A program made the translations under genes and the position numbers. The notes beneath the pieces were generated by a model. The model saw only the letters and a list, made by a program, of their open reading frames with translations, was not told the DNA's origin and searched no databases. DNA of 64,000 nt from NCBI RefSeq assembly GCF_009914755.1, contig NC_060943.1; one strand, given 5' to 3'. Shown here piece after piece: positions 37,488-50,467 of the stretch. Each line of letters opens with the position of its first letter. Positions within the stretch are counted from its first letter, which is position 1. The DNA comes from the human T2T-CHM13v2.0 reference genome, Homo sapiens.

Positions 37488-40400
37488 TATCTTCACATAC
37501 AAACTAGACAGAAGCATTCTCAGAAACTGCTTTGTGGTGTGTGCATTCAACTCACAGAGTTGAACCTTCCTTCTGAGAGAGCAGTTTTTAAACAGTCTCT
37601 TTGAAATATCTGCAAGTGGATATTTGGAGCGATGGGAAGTCTAAGTTTGAAAAGGAAATATCCTCACATACAAACTAGACAGAAGCAATCTCATTAACTG
37701 CTTTGCGATGTGTGCATTCAGCTCACAGAGTTGAACCTTCCTTTTGAGAGAGCAGTTTTGAAACAGTTTTTTGTAGTATCCTCAAGTGGATATATGGAGC
37801 GATGTGAGGCTTAAGATGGAAACGGGAATATCTTCACATGCAAACTAGAAAGAAGCATTCTCAGAAACTGCTTTGTGATGGGTGCATTCAACTCAGAGAC
37901 TTGAACATTTCTTTAGACGGAGCAGTGTTGAAACACACATATGCAGAATCTGCAAGAGTTCATTTGGAGCGCTTTGATGCCTATGGTGGAAAAAGAAATA
38001 TCTTCACATAAAGACTAGAAAGAAGCGTTCTCCGAAACTCCTTTGTGATATATGTGTTCAGTTCACAGAGTTGAACCTTTCTTTTGATTGAGCAGTTTTG
38101 AAACACTGCTTTTCTAGAATCTGCTTTTGGATATTTGAAGCTCTTTGACGAATTCGCGTCAATGTTATATCTTCACATACAAACTAGACAGAAGCATTCT
38201 CAGAAACTGCTTTTTGATGTGTGCATTCAACACACGGAGTTGAACCTTCCTTCTGAGAACAGTTTTGAAGCAGTCTTTTTGTGGTATCTGCAAGTCGATA
38301 TTTGGAACGATTTGGGACCTATGAGGGAAAAGGAACTATCTTCACATACAAGCTAGACAGAAGCATACTCAGAAACTGCTTTGTGATGTGTGCATTCAAC
38401 TCACAGAGTTGAGCCTTCCTTTTGAGAGAGAGGTTTTGAAACAGTCTTTTTGTAGTATATACAAGTGGATATTTTTAGTGATTTGAGGTCTAATATGGAA
38501 AAGGAAATACCTTCACCTACAAACTAGACAGAAGCATTCTCAGAAACTGCTTTGTGATGTGTGCATTAAACTTACAGACTTGAAACCTTATTTTGATACA
38601 GCAGTGTTGAAACACACTTTTTATAGAACCTGCAAGTGTTCATTTGGAGAGCTTTGTTGCCTGTGGTGGAAAAAGAAATGTGTTCACATACAAACTAGAA
38701 AGAAGCCTTCTCAGAAACTCCTTTGAGATGTTTGTGTCTAATTCACAAAGTTGAACCTTTCTTTTGATAGAGCAGATTTGCAACACTGCTTTTGTAGAAT
38801 CTGCTTGCGTGTATTTGGAGGTCTTTGAGGAATTGGGCGTATACGGGATATCTTCACATACAAATTACACAGAAGCATTCTCAGAAACTGCTCTGTGATG
38901 TGTGCATTCAACTAACAGAGTTGAAACTTTCTTTGGAGAAAGCAGTTCTGAAACAGTCTTTTTGTAGTATCTGCAAGTGGATACTTGGAGCGATTTGAGG
39001 CCTATGATGGAAAAGGAAATATGTTCACTTACAAACTAGACAGAAGCATTCTCAGAAACTGCTTTGTGATGTGTGTGTTCAATTCACAGGGTTGACTCTT
39101 TCTTTTGATTGAGCAGTTTTGAACCACCTGTTTTGTAGAATCTGCTTGTGGATATTTGTAGCTCTTGGAGGAATTCTTTGTAAAAGGGATATCTTCACAT
39201 ACACACTAGTCAGAAGCATTCTCAGAAACTTCTTTGTGATGTGTGAATTGAACTCACAGAGTTGAACCTTCCTTTTGAGAGAGCCGTTTTGAAACAATCT
39301 TTTTGAAGTATCTTCAATTGGATGTTTGTAGTGATTTGAGGCCTAAGATGGAATAGGAAATATCTTCACATACAATCTAGACAGAAGCACTCTCAGAAGC
39401 TGCTTGGTGATGTCTGCATTCAACTCACAGACTTGAACCCTTGTTTTGAAAGAGCAGTGTTGAAACACACATTTTGTACGATCTGCAAGTGTTCATTTGG
39501 AACGCTGTTGTGCCTATGGTGGATAAAGAAATATCTTCACATAAATACTAGAAAGTAGCATTCTCAGAAACTGCTTTGTGATGTGTGCATTCAACTCACA
39601 GAGTTGCACCTTCCTTTTGAGAGAGAGGTTTTGAAACAGTCTTTTTGTAGTATCTGCAAGTGGATATTTTTAGTGATTTGAGGTCTAAGATGGAAAAGGA
39701 AATACCTTCACCTACAAACTAGACAGAAGCATTCTCAGAAACTGCTTTGTGATGTGTGCATTAAACTTACAGACTTGAAACTTTATTTTGATAGAGCAGT
39801 GTTGAAACACACTTTTTATAGAATCTGCAAGTGTTCATTTGGAGAGCTTTGTTGCCTGTGGTGGAAAAAGGAATATGTTCACCTAGAAACTAGAAAGAAG
39901 CCTTCTCAGAAACTCCTTTGAGATGTTTGTGTCCAATTCACAAAGTTGAACCTTTCTTTTGATAGAGCAGATTTGAAACACTGCTTTTGTAGAATCTGCT
40001 TGCGGATATTTGGCGGTCTTTTAGGAATTGGGCGTATACGGGAGATCTTCACATACAAGTTACACAGAAGCATTCTCAGAAACTGCTTTGTGATGTGTGC
40101 ATTCAACTCACAGAGTTGAAACTTTCTTTTGAGAAAGCAGTTTTGAAACAGTCTTTTTGTAGTATCTGCAAGTGGATATTTGGAGCGATTTGAGGCCTAT
40201 GATGGAAAAGGAAATATGTTCACATACAAACTAGACAGAAGCGTTCTGAGAAACTGCTTTGTGATGTGTGCATTCACCTCACAGAGTGGAACCTTTCTTT
40301 GGATAGAGCAGTTTTGAAACAGTCTTTCTCTAGTATCTGCAAGTGTTCATTTTGAGCGCTTTGAGGCCCATGATGGAAAAGGAAATATTTTCACATAAAA

Positions 40401-43400
40401 ACTAGACAGAAGCTTTCTCAGGAACTTCATTGAGATGTGTGCATTAAAGTAACTGAGTTGAATACGTCTTTTGATAGAGCAGTATTGAAACACTTCTTTT
40501 GTAGAATCTGCCTGTGGATATCTGGAACTCTTTGAAGAATTCTTTGGAAACGGCTATCTTCACATAAAAAGTAGACCCAAGCATTCACAGAACGTTCTTT
40601 GTGACATGTACATTGGACTCCCAGACTTGAAACTTTCTTTTGATAGAGCAGTGTTGGAACACACTTTTTGTAGAATCTTCATGTGTTCGTTTGGAGTGCT
40701 CTGTTGCCTATGGTGGAAAAAGGAATATCTTCACCTACAAACCAGACAGAAGCATTCTCAGAGACTGCTTTGTGATGTGTGTGTTCAATTCGCAGAGTTG
40801 AAAGTTGCTTTGGATAGAGCAGTTTTGAAACACTGCTTTTGTAGAATCTGCTTGTTGCTATTGGGGGCTCTTTGAGGAATTTGTTGTAAACGGGATATCT
40901 TCACATACAAAGTAGGCAGAAGCATTCTCAGAAACTGCTCTGTGATGTGTGCATTCAACTCACAGAGTTGAACCTTCCTTTTGCGAGAGCTGTTTTGAAG
41001 CAGTCTTTTTGTGGTATCTGCAATTGGATATTTGGATCGATTTGAGGCCTAAGATGGAAAAGGAAATATCTTCACATACAAACTAGACAGAAGCATTCTC
41101 AGACACTGCGTTGTGATGTGTGCATTCAACTCACAGAGTTGAACCTTCCTTTTGAGAGCAGTTTTGAAACAGTCTTTTTGAAGTATCTGCAAGTGGATGT
41201 TTGGAGAGATTTGAGGCCTAAGATGGAAAAGGATATATCTTCACCTAAAAACTAGGCAGAAGCATTCTCAGAAACTGCTTTGTGATGTGGGGATTCAACT
41301 CACAGGCTTGAAACTTTCTTTTGATAGAGCAGGGTTGAAACACACTTTTTGTAGAATCTGCAAGTGTTCATTTGGAGTGCTTTCTTGCCCATGGTGGAAA
41401 AAGAAATATCTTCACGTAAAAACTAGACAGAAACATTCTCAGAAAATACTTTGTGATGTGGTTGTTCAATTCACAGGGTTGAACCTTTCTTTAGATAAAG
41501 CAGTTTTGAAACACTGCTTTTGTAGAATCTTCTTGTGGATATTTGGAGCTGTTTGAGGAATTCGTTTTAAACGGGATATCTTCACATTCAAACTAGTCAG
41601 AAGCATTCTCAGAAACTGGTTTGTGATGTGTGCATTCTACTCACAGAGTTGAACCTTCCTTTTGAGAGAGCAGTTTTGAAACAATCTTTTTGTATTCTCT
41701 ACAAGTGGATACTTGGAGCAATGGGAGGACTAAGATTGAAAAGGAAATATCTTCACGGCCAAACTTGACAGAAGCTTTCTCAGAATCTGCTTTGTGATGT
41801 GTGCATTTACCTCACAGAGTGGAACCGTCCTTTTGATAGAGCAGTTCTGAAACAGTCTTTTTGTAGGATCTGCGAGTGTTCATTTTGGAGCGCTTTTAAG
41901 CCTTTGGCGGAAAAGGAAATATCTTCACAAAAAAACTAGACAGAGGCATGCTCAGGAACTTCACTGAGATGTGTGCATTCAAGTAACTGAGTTGAATCTG
42001 CCTTTTGATAGAGCAGAATTGAAACACTCCTTTTGTAGAATCTGCTTGTGGATATTTGGAACTCTTTCAGGAGTTCGTTGGCAGCTGGTATCTTCACAAA
42101 AAAAGGAGACCCAAGGATTCTCAAAAAGTTCCTTGAGATGTGTGCCTTAAACTCACAGACTTCAAACTTTCTTTTGAGAGATCAGTGTTGGAACACGCTT
42201 TTTGTAGAATCTGCAAGTGTTCATTTAGTGCGCTTTGTTGCCTATGGTGGAAAAAGAAATATCTTCAAATGAAAACTAGACAGAAACATTCTCAGAAACT
42301 CCTTTGTGAAGTGTGTGTCAAATTCACAGAATTGAAATATTCCTTTGATAGCGCAGCTTTGAAACACCGCTTTTATAGGATCTGCTTGTGGATATCTGGA
42401 GCTCTTTGAGGAATTTGTTGTAAACGGGATATCTTCACATACAAAGTAGACAGAAGCATTCTCAGAAACTGCTTTGTGATGTGTGCATTCCAATCACAGA
42501 CTTCAACCTTTCTTTTGAAAGAGCAGTGTTCAAACACACATTTTGTAGGATGTGCAAGTGTTCACTTGGAGCGCTTTTTTGCCTATGGTGGAAAAAGAAA
42601 TATCTTCACATAAATACTAGACAGAAGCATTCTCAGAAACGCCTTAGTGATGTGTTTGTTCTATTCAGAGAGTTGAACCTTTCTTTTGATAGAGCAGTTT
42701 TGATACACTGCTTCTGTAGAATCTGCTTGTGGATATTTGGAGCTCTTTGAGGAATTCGTTGTAAACGGGATATCTTCACATACAAACTAGACAGAAGCAT
42801 TCTCAGAAACTGCTTTGTGGTGTGTGCATTCAACTCACAGAGTTGAACCTTCCTTCTGAGAGAGCAGTTTTTAAACAGTCTCTTTGAAATATCTGCAAGT
42901 GGATATTTGGAGCGATGGGAAGTCTAAGTTTGAAAAGGAAATATCCTCACATACAAACTAGACAGAAGCAATCTCATTAACTGCTTTGCGATGTGTGCAT
43001 TCAGCTCACAGAGTTGAACCTTCCTTTTGAGAGAGCAGTTTTGAAACAGTTTTTTGTAGTATCCTCAAGTGGATATATGGAGCGATGTGAGGCTTAATTT
43101 GGAAACGGGAATATCTTTACATGCAAACTAGAAAGAAGCATTCTCAGAAACTGCTTTGTGATGGGTGCATTCAACTCAGAGACTTGAACATTTCTTTAGA
43201 CGGAGCAGTGTTGAAACACACATATGCAGAATCTGCAAGAGTTCATTTGGAGCGCTTTGATGCCTATGGTGGAAAAAGAAATATCTTCACATAAAGACTA
43301 GAAAGAAGCGTTCTCCGAAACTCCTTTGTGATATATGTGTTCAGTTCACAGAGTTGAACCTTTCTTTTGATTGAGCAGTTTTGAAACACTGCTTTCCTAG

Positions 43401-45524
43401 AATCTGCTTTTGGATATTTGAAGCTCTTTGACGAATTCGCGTCAATGTTATATCTTCACATACAAACTAGACAGAAGCATTCTCAGAAACTGCTTTTTGA
43501 TGTGTGCATTCAACACACGGAGTTGAACCTTCCTTCTGAGAACAGTTTTGAAGCAGTCTTTTTGTGGTATCTGCAAGTCGATATTTGGAACGATTTGGGA
43601 CCTATGAGGGAAAAGGAACTATCTTCACATACAAGCTAGACAGAAGCATACTCAGAAACTGCTTTGTGATGTGTGCATTCAACTCACAGAGTTGAGCCTT
43701 CCTTTTGAGAGAGAGGTTTTGAAACAGTCTTTTTGTAGTATATACAAGTGGATATTTTTAGTGATTTGAGGTCTAATATGGAAAAGGAAATACCTTCACC
43801 TACAAACTAGACAGAAGCATTCTCAGAAACTGCTTTGTGATGTGTGCATTAAACTTACAGACTTGAAACCTTATTTTGATATAGCAGTGTTGAAACACAC
43901 TTTTTATAGAACCTGCAAGTGTTCATTTGGAGAGCTTTGTTGCCTGTGGTGGAAAAAGAAATGTGTTCACATACAAACTAGAAAGAAGCCTTCTCAGAAA
44001 CTCCTTTGAGATGTTTGTGTCTAATTCACAAAGTTGAACCTTTCTTTTGATAGAGCAGATTTGCAACACTGCTTTTGTAGAATCTGCTTGCGTGTATTTG
44101 GAGGTCTTTGAGGAATTGGGCGTATACGGGATATCTTCACATACAAATTACACAGAAGCATTCTCAGAAACTGCTCTGTGATGTGTGCATTCAACTAACA
44201 GAGTTGAAACTTTCTTTGGAGAAAGCAGTTCTGAAACAGTCTTTTTGTAGTATCTGCAAGTGGATACTTGGAGCGATTTGAGGCCTATGATGGAAAAGGA
44301 AATATGTTCACTTACAAACTAGACAGAAGCATTCTCAGAAACTGCTTTGTGATGTGTGTGTTCAATTCACAGGGTTGACTCTTTCTTTTGATTGAGCAGT
44401 TTTGAACCACCTGTTTTGTAGAATCTGCTTGTGGATATTTGTAGCTCTTGGAGGAATTCTTTGTAAAAGGGATATCTTCACATACACACTAGTCAGAAGC
44501 ATTCTCAGAAACTTCTTTGTGATGTGTGAATTGAACTCACAGAGTTGAACCTTCCTTTTGAGAGAGCCGTTTTGAAACAATCTTTTTGAAGTATCTTCAA
44601 TTGGATGTTTGTAGTGATTTGAGGCCTAAGATGGAATAGGAAATATCTTCACATACAATCTAGACAGAAGCACTCTCAGAAGCTGCTTGGTGATGTCTGC
44701 ATTCAACTCACAGACTTGAACCCTTGTTTTGCAAGAGCAGTGTTGAAACACACATTTTGTACGATCTGCAAGTGTTCATTTGGAACGCTGTTGTGCCTAT
44801 GGTGGATAAAGAAATATCTTCACATAAATACTAGAAAGTAGCATTCTCAGAAACTGCTTTATGATGTGTGCATTCAACTCACAGAGTTGCACCTTCCTTT
44901 TGAGAGAGAGGTTTTGAAACAGTCTTTTTGTAGTATCTGCAAGTGGATATTTTTAGTGATTTGAGGTCTAAGATGGAAAAGGAAATACCTTCACCTACAA
45001 ACTAGACAGAAGCATTCTCAGAAACTGCTTTGTGATGTGTGCATTAAACTTACAGACTTGAAACTTTATTTTGATAGAGCAGTGTTGAAACACACTTTTT
45101 ATAGAATCTGCAAGTGTTCATTTGGAGAGCTTTGTTGCCTGTGGTGGAAAAAGGAATATGTTCACCTAGAAACTAGAAAGAAGCCTTCTCAGAAACTCCT
45201 TTGAGATGTTTGTGTCCAATTCACAAAGTTGAGCCTTTCTTTTGATAGAGCAGATTTGAAACACTGCTTTTGTAGAATCTGCTTGCGGATATTTGGCGGT
45301 CTTTTAGGAATTGGGCGTATACGGGAGATCTTCACATACAAGTTACACAGAAGCATTCTCAGAAACTGCTTTGTGATGTGTGCATTCAACTCACAGAGTT
45401 GAAACTTTCTTTTGAGAAAGCAGTTTTGAAACAGTCTTTTTGTAGTATCTGCAAGTGGATATTTGGAGCGATTTGAGGCCTATGATGGAAAAGGAAATAT
45501 GTTCACATACAAACTAGACAGAAG

Positions 45525-48500
45525 CGTTCTGAGAAACTGCTTTGTGATGTGTGCATTCACCTCACAGAGTGGAACCTTTCTTTGGATAGAGCAGTTTTGA
45601 AACAGTCTTTCTCTAGTATCTGCAAGTGTTCATTTTGAGCGCTTTGAGGCCCATGATGGAAAAGGAAATATTTTCACATAAAAACTAGACAGAAGCTTTC
45701 TCAGGAACTTCATTGAGATGTGTGCATTAAAGTAACTGAGTGGAATACGTCTTTTGATAGAGCAGTATTGAAACACTTCTTTTGTAGAATCTGCCTGTGG
45801 ATATCTGGAACTCTTTGAAGAATTCTTTGGAAACGGCTATCTTCACATAAAAAGTAGACCCAAGCATTCACAGAACGTTCTTTGTGACATGTACATTGGA
45901 CTCCCAGACTTGAAACTTTCTTTTGATAGAGCAGTGTTGGAACACACTTTTTGTAGAATCTTCATGTGTTCGTTTGGAGTGCTCTGTTGCCTATGGTGGA
46001 AAAAGGAATATCTTCACCTAAAAACCAGACAGAAGCATTCTCAGAGACTGCTTTGTGATGTGTGTGTTCAATTCGCAGAGTTGAAAGTTGCTTTTGATAG
46101 AGCAGTTTTGAAACACTGCTTTTGTAGAATCTGCTTGTTGCTATTGGGGGCTCTTTGAGGAATTTGTTGTAAACGGGATATCTTCACATACAAAGTAGGC
46201 AGAAGCATTCTCAGAAACTGCTCTGTGATGTGTGCATTCAACTCACAGAGTTGAACCTTCCTTTTGCGAGAGCTGTTTTGAAGCAGTCTTTTTGTGGTAT
46301 CTGCAATTGGATATTTGGATCGATTTGAGGCCTAAGATGGAAAAGGAAATATCTTCACATACAAACTAGACAGAAGCATTCTCAGACACTGCGTTGTGAT
46401 GTGTGCATTCAACTCACAGAGTTGAACCTTCCTTTTGAGAGCAGTTTTGAAACAGTCTTTTTGAAGTATCTGCAAGTGGATGTTTGGAGAGATTTGAGGC
46501 CTAAGATGGAAAAGGATATATCTTCACCTAAAAACTAGGCAGAAGCATTCTCAGAAACTGCTTTGTGATGTGGGGATTCAACTCACAGGCTTGAAACTTT
46601 CTTTTGATAGAGCAGGGTTGAAACACACTTTTTGTAGAATCTGCAAGTGTTCATTTGGAGTGCTTTCTTGCCCATGGTGGAAAAAGAAATATCTTCACGT
46701 AAAAACTAGACAGAAACATTCTCAGAAAATACTTTGTGATGTGGTTGTTCAATTCACAGGGTTGAACCTTTCTTTAGATAAAGCAGTTTTGAAACACTGC
46801 TTTTGTAGAATCTTCTTGTGGATATTTGGAGCTGTTTGAGGAATTCGTTTTAAACGGGATATCTTCACATTCAAACTAGTCAGAAGCATTCTCAGAAACT
46901 GGTTTGTGATGTGTGCATTCTACTCACAGAGTTGAACCTTCCTTTTGAGAGAGCAGTTTTGAAACAATCTTTTTGTATTCTCTACAAGTGGATACTTGGA
47001 GCAATGGGAGGACTAAGATTGAAAAGGAAATATCTTCACGGCCAAACTTGACAGAAGCTTTCTCAGAATCTGCTTTGTGATGTGTGCATTTACCTCACAG
47101 AGTGGAACCGTCCTTTTGATAGAGCAGTTCTGAAACAGTCTTTTTGTAGGATCTGCGAGTGTTCATTTTGGAGCGCTTTTAAGCCTTTGGCGGAAAAGGA
47201 AATATCTTCACAAAAAAACTAGACAGAGGCATGCTCAGGAACTTCACTGAGATGTGTGCATTCAAGTAACTGAGTTGAATCTGCCTTTTGATAGAGCAGA
47301 ATTGAAACACTCCTTTTGTAGAATCTGCTTGTGGATATTTGGAACTCTTTCAGGAGTTCGTTGGCAGCTGGTATCTTCACAAAAAAAGGAGACCCAAGGA
47401 TTCTCAAAAAGTTCCTTGAGATGTGTGCCTTAAACTCACAGACTTCAAACTTTCTTTTGAGAGATCAGTGTTGGAACACGCTTTTTGTAGAATCTGCAAG
47501 TGTTCATTTAGTGCGCTTTGTTGCCTATGGTGGAAAAAGAAATATCTTCAAATGAAAACTAGACAGAAACATTCTCAGAAACTCCTTTGTGAAGTGTGTG
47601 TCAAATTCACAGAATTGAAATATTCCTTTGATAGCGCAGCTTTGAAACACCGCTTTTATAGGATCTGCTTGTGGATATCTGGAGCTCTTTGAGGAATTTG
47701 TTGTAAACGGGATATCTTCACATACAAAGTAGACAGAAGCATTCTCAGAAACTGCTTTGTGATGTGTGCATTCCAATCACAGACTTCAACCTTTCTTTTG
47801 AAAGAGCAGTGTTCAAACACACATTTTGTAGGATGTGCAAGTGTTCACTTGGAGCGCTTTTTTGCCTATGGTGGAAAAAGAAATATCTTCACATAAATAC
47901 TAGACAGAAGCATTCTCAGAAACGCCTTAGTGATGTGTTTGTTCTATTCAGAGAGTTGAACCTTTCTTTTGATAGAGCAGTTTTGATACACTGCTTCTGT
48001 AGAATCTGCTTGTGGATATTTGGAGCTCTTTGAGGAATTCGTTGTAAACGGGATATCTTCACATACAAACTAGACAGAAGCATTCTCAGAAACTGCTTTG
48101 TGGTGTGGGCATTCAACTCACAGAGTTGAACCTTCCTTCTGAGAGAGCAGTTTTTAAACAGTCTCTTTGAAATATCTGCAAGTGGATATTTGGAGCGATG
48201 GGAAGTCTAAGTTTGAAAAGGAAATATCCTCACATACAAACTAGACAGAAGCAATCTCATTAACTGCTTTGTGGTGTGGGCATTCAACTCACAGAGTTGA
48301 ACCTTCCTTTTGAGAGAGCAGTTTTGAAACAGTCTCTTTGAAATATCTGCAAGTGGATATTTGGAGCGATGGGAAGTCTAAGTTTGAAAAGGAAATATCC
48401 TCACATACAAACTAGACAGAAGCAATCTCATTAACTGCTTTGCGATGTGTGCATTCAGCTCACAGAGTTGAACCTTCCTTTTGAGAGAGCAGTTTTGAAA

Positions 48501-50467
48501 CAGTTTTTTGTAGTATCCTCAAGTGGATATATGGAGCGATGTGAGGCTTAAGATGGAAACGGGAATATCTTCACATGCAAACTAGAAAGAAGCATTCTCA
48601 GAAACTGCTTTGTGATGGGTGCATTCAACTCAGAGACTTGAACATTTCTTTAGACGGAGCAGTGTTGAAACACACATATGCAGAATCTGCAAGAGTTCAT
48701 TTGGAGCGCTTTGATGCCTATGGTGGAAAAAGAAATATCTTCACATAAAGACTAGAAAGAAGCGTTCTCCGAAACTCCTTTGTGATATATGTGTTCAGTT
48801 CACAGAGTTGAACCTTTCTTTTGATTGAGCAGTTTTGAAACACTGCTTTTCTAGAATCTGCTTTTGGATATTTGAAGCTCTTTGACGAATTCGCTGTCAA
48901 TGTTATATCTTCACATACAAACTAGACAGAAGCATTCTGAGAAACTGCTTTTTGATGTGTGCATTCAACACACGGAGTTGAACCTTCCTTCTGAGAACAG
49001 TTTTGAAGCAGTCTTTTTGTGGTACCTGCAAGTCGATATTTGGAACGATTTGGGACCTATGAGGGAAAAGGAACTATCTTCACATACAAGCTAGACAGAA
49101 GCATACTCAGAAACTGCTTTGTGATGTGTGCATTCAACTCACAGAGTTGAGCCTTCCTTTTGAGAGAGAGGTTTTGAAACAGTCTTTTTGTAGTATATAC
49201 AAGTGGATATTTTTAGTGATTTGAGGTCTAATATGGAAAAGGAAATACCTTCACCTACAAACTAGACAGAAGCATTCTCAGAAACTGCTTTGTGATGTGT
49301 GCATTAAACTTACAGACTTGAAACCTTATTTTGATATAGCAGTGTTGAAACACACTTTTTATAGAACCTGCAAGTGTTCATTTGGAGAGCTTTGTTGCCT
49401 GTGGTGGAAAAAGAAATGTGTTCACATACAAACTAGAAAGAAGCCTTCTCAGAAACTCCTTTGAGATGTTTGTGTCTAATTCACAAAGTTGAACCTTTCT
49501 TTTGATAGAGCAGATTTGAAACACTGCTTTTGTAGAATCTGCTTGCGTGTATTTGGAGGTCTTTGAGGAATTGGGCGTATACGGGATATCTTCACATACA
49601 AATTACACAGAAGCATTCTCAGAAACTGCTCTGTGATGTGTGCATTCAACTAACAGAGTTGAAACTTTCTTTGGAGAAAGCAGTTCTGAAACAGTCTTTT
49701 TGTAGTATCTGCAAGTGGATACTTGGAGCGATTTGAGGCCTATGATGGAAAAGGAAATATGTTCACTTACAAACTAGACAGAAGCATTCTCAGAAACTGC
49801 TTTGTGATGTGTGTGTTCAATTCACAGGGTTGACTCTTTCTTTTGATTGAGCAGTTTTGAACCACCTGTTTTGTAGAATCTGCTTGTGGATATTTGTAGC
49901 TCTTGGAGGAATTCTTTGTAAAAGGGATATCTTCACATACACACTAGTCAGAAGCATTCTCAGAAACTTCTTTGTGATGTGTGAATTGAACTCACAGAGT
50001 TGAACCTTCCTTTTGAGAGAGCCGTTTTGAAACAATCTTTTTGAAGTATCTTCAATTGGATGTTTGTAGTGATTTGAGGCCTAAGATGGAATAGGAAATA
50101 TCTTCACATACAATCTAGACAGAAGCACTCTCAGAAGCTGCTTGGTGATGTCTGCATTCAACTCACAGACTTGAACCCTTGTTTTGAAAGAGCAGTGTTG
50201 AAACACACATTTTGTACGATCTGCAAGTGTTCATTTGGAACGCTGTTGTGCCTATGGTGGATAAAGAAATAACTTCACATAAATACTAGAAAGTAGCATT
50301 CTCAGAAACTGCTTTGTGATGTGTGCATTCAACTCACAGAGTTGCACCTTCCTTTTGAGAGAGAGGTTTTGAAACAGTCTTTTTGTAGTATCTGCAAGTG
50401 GATATTTTTAGTGATTTGAGGTCTAAGATGGAAAAGGAAATACCTTCACATACAAACTAGACAGAAG
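45525..50467 (+). repeat. 29-monomer HOR variant (4,943 bp)
   Basis: An extra m17/m16 hybrid monomer at 48252-48422 and loss of m29-m31. Confidence 0.88.

Larger units (their letters stand above)
34959..45524 (+). repeat. Two near-identical 5,283-bp 31-monomer HOR copies
   Basis: Exact 5,283-bp offset of markers (35323/40606/45889; 36004/41287/46570; 39079/44362). I counted 31 monomers per unit. Confidence 0.93.
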
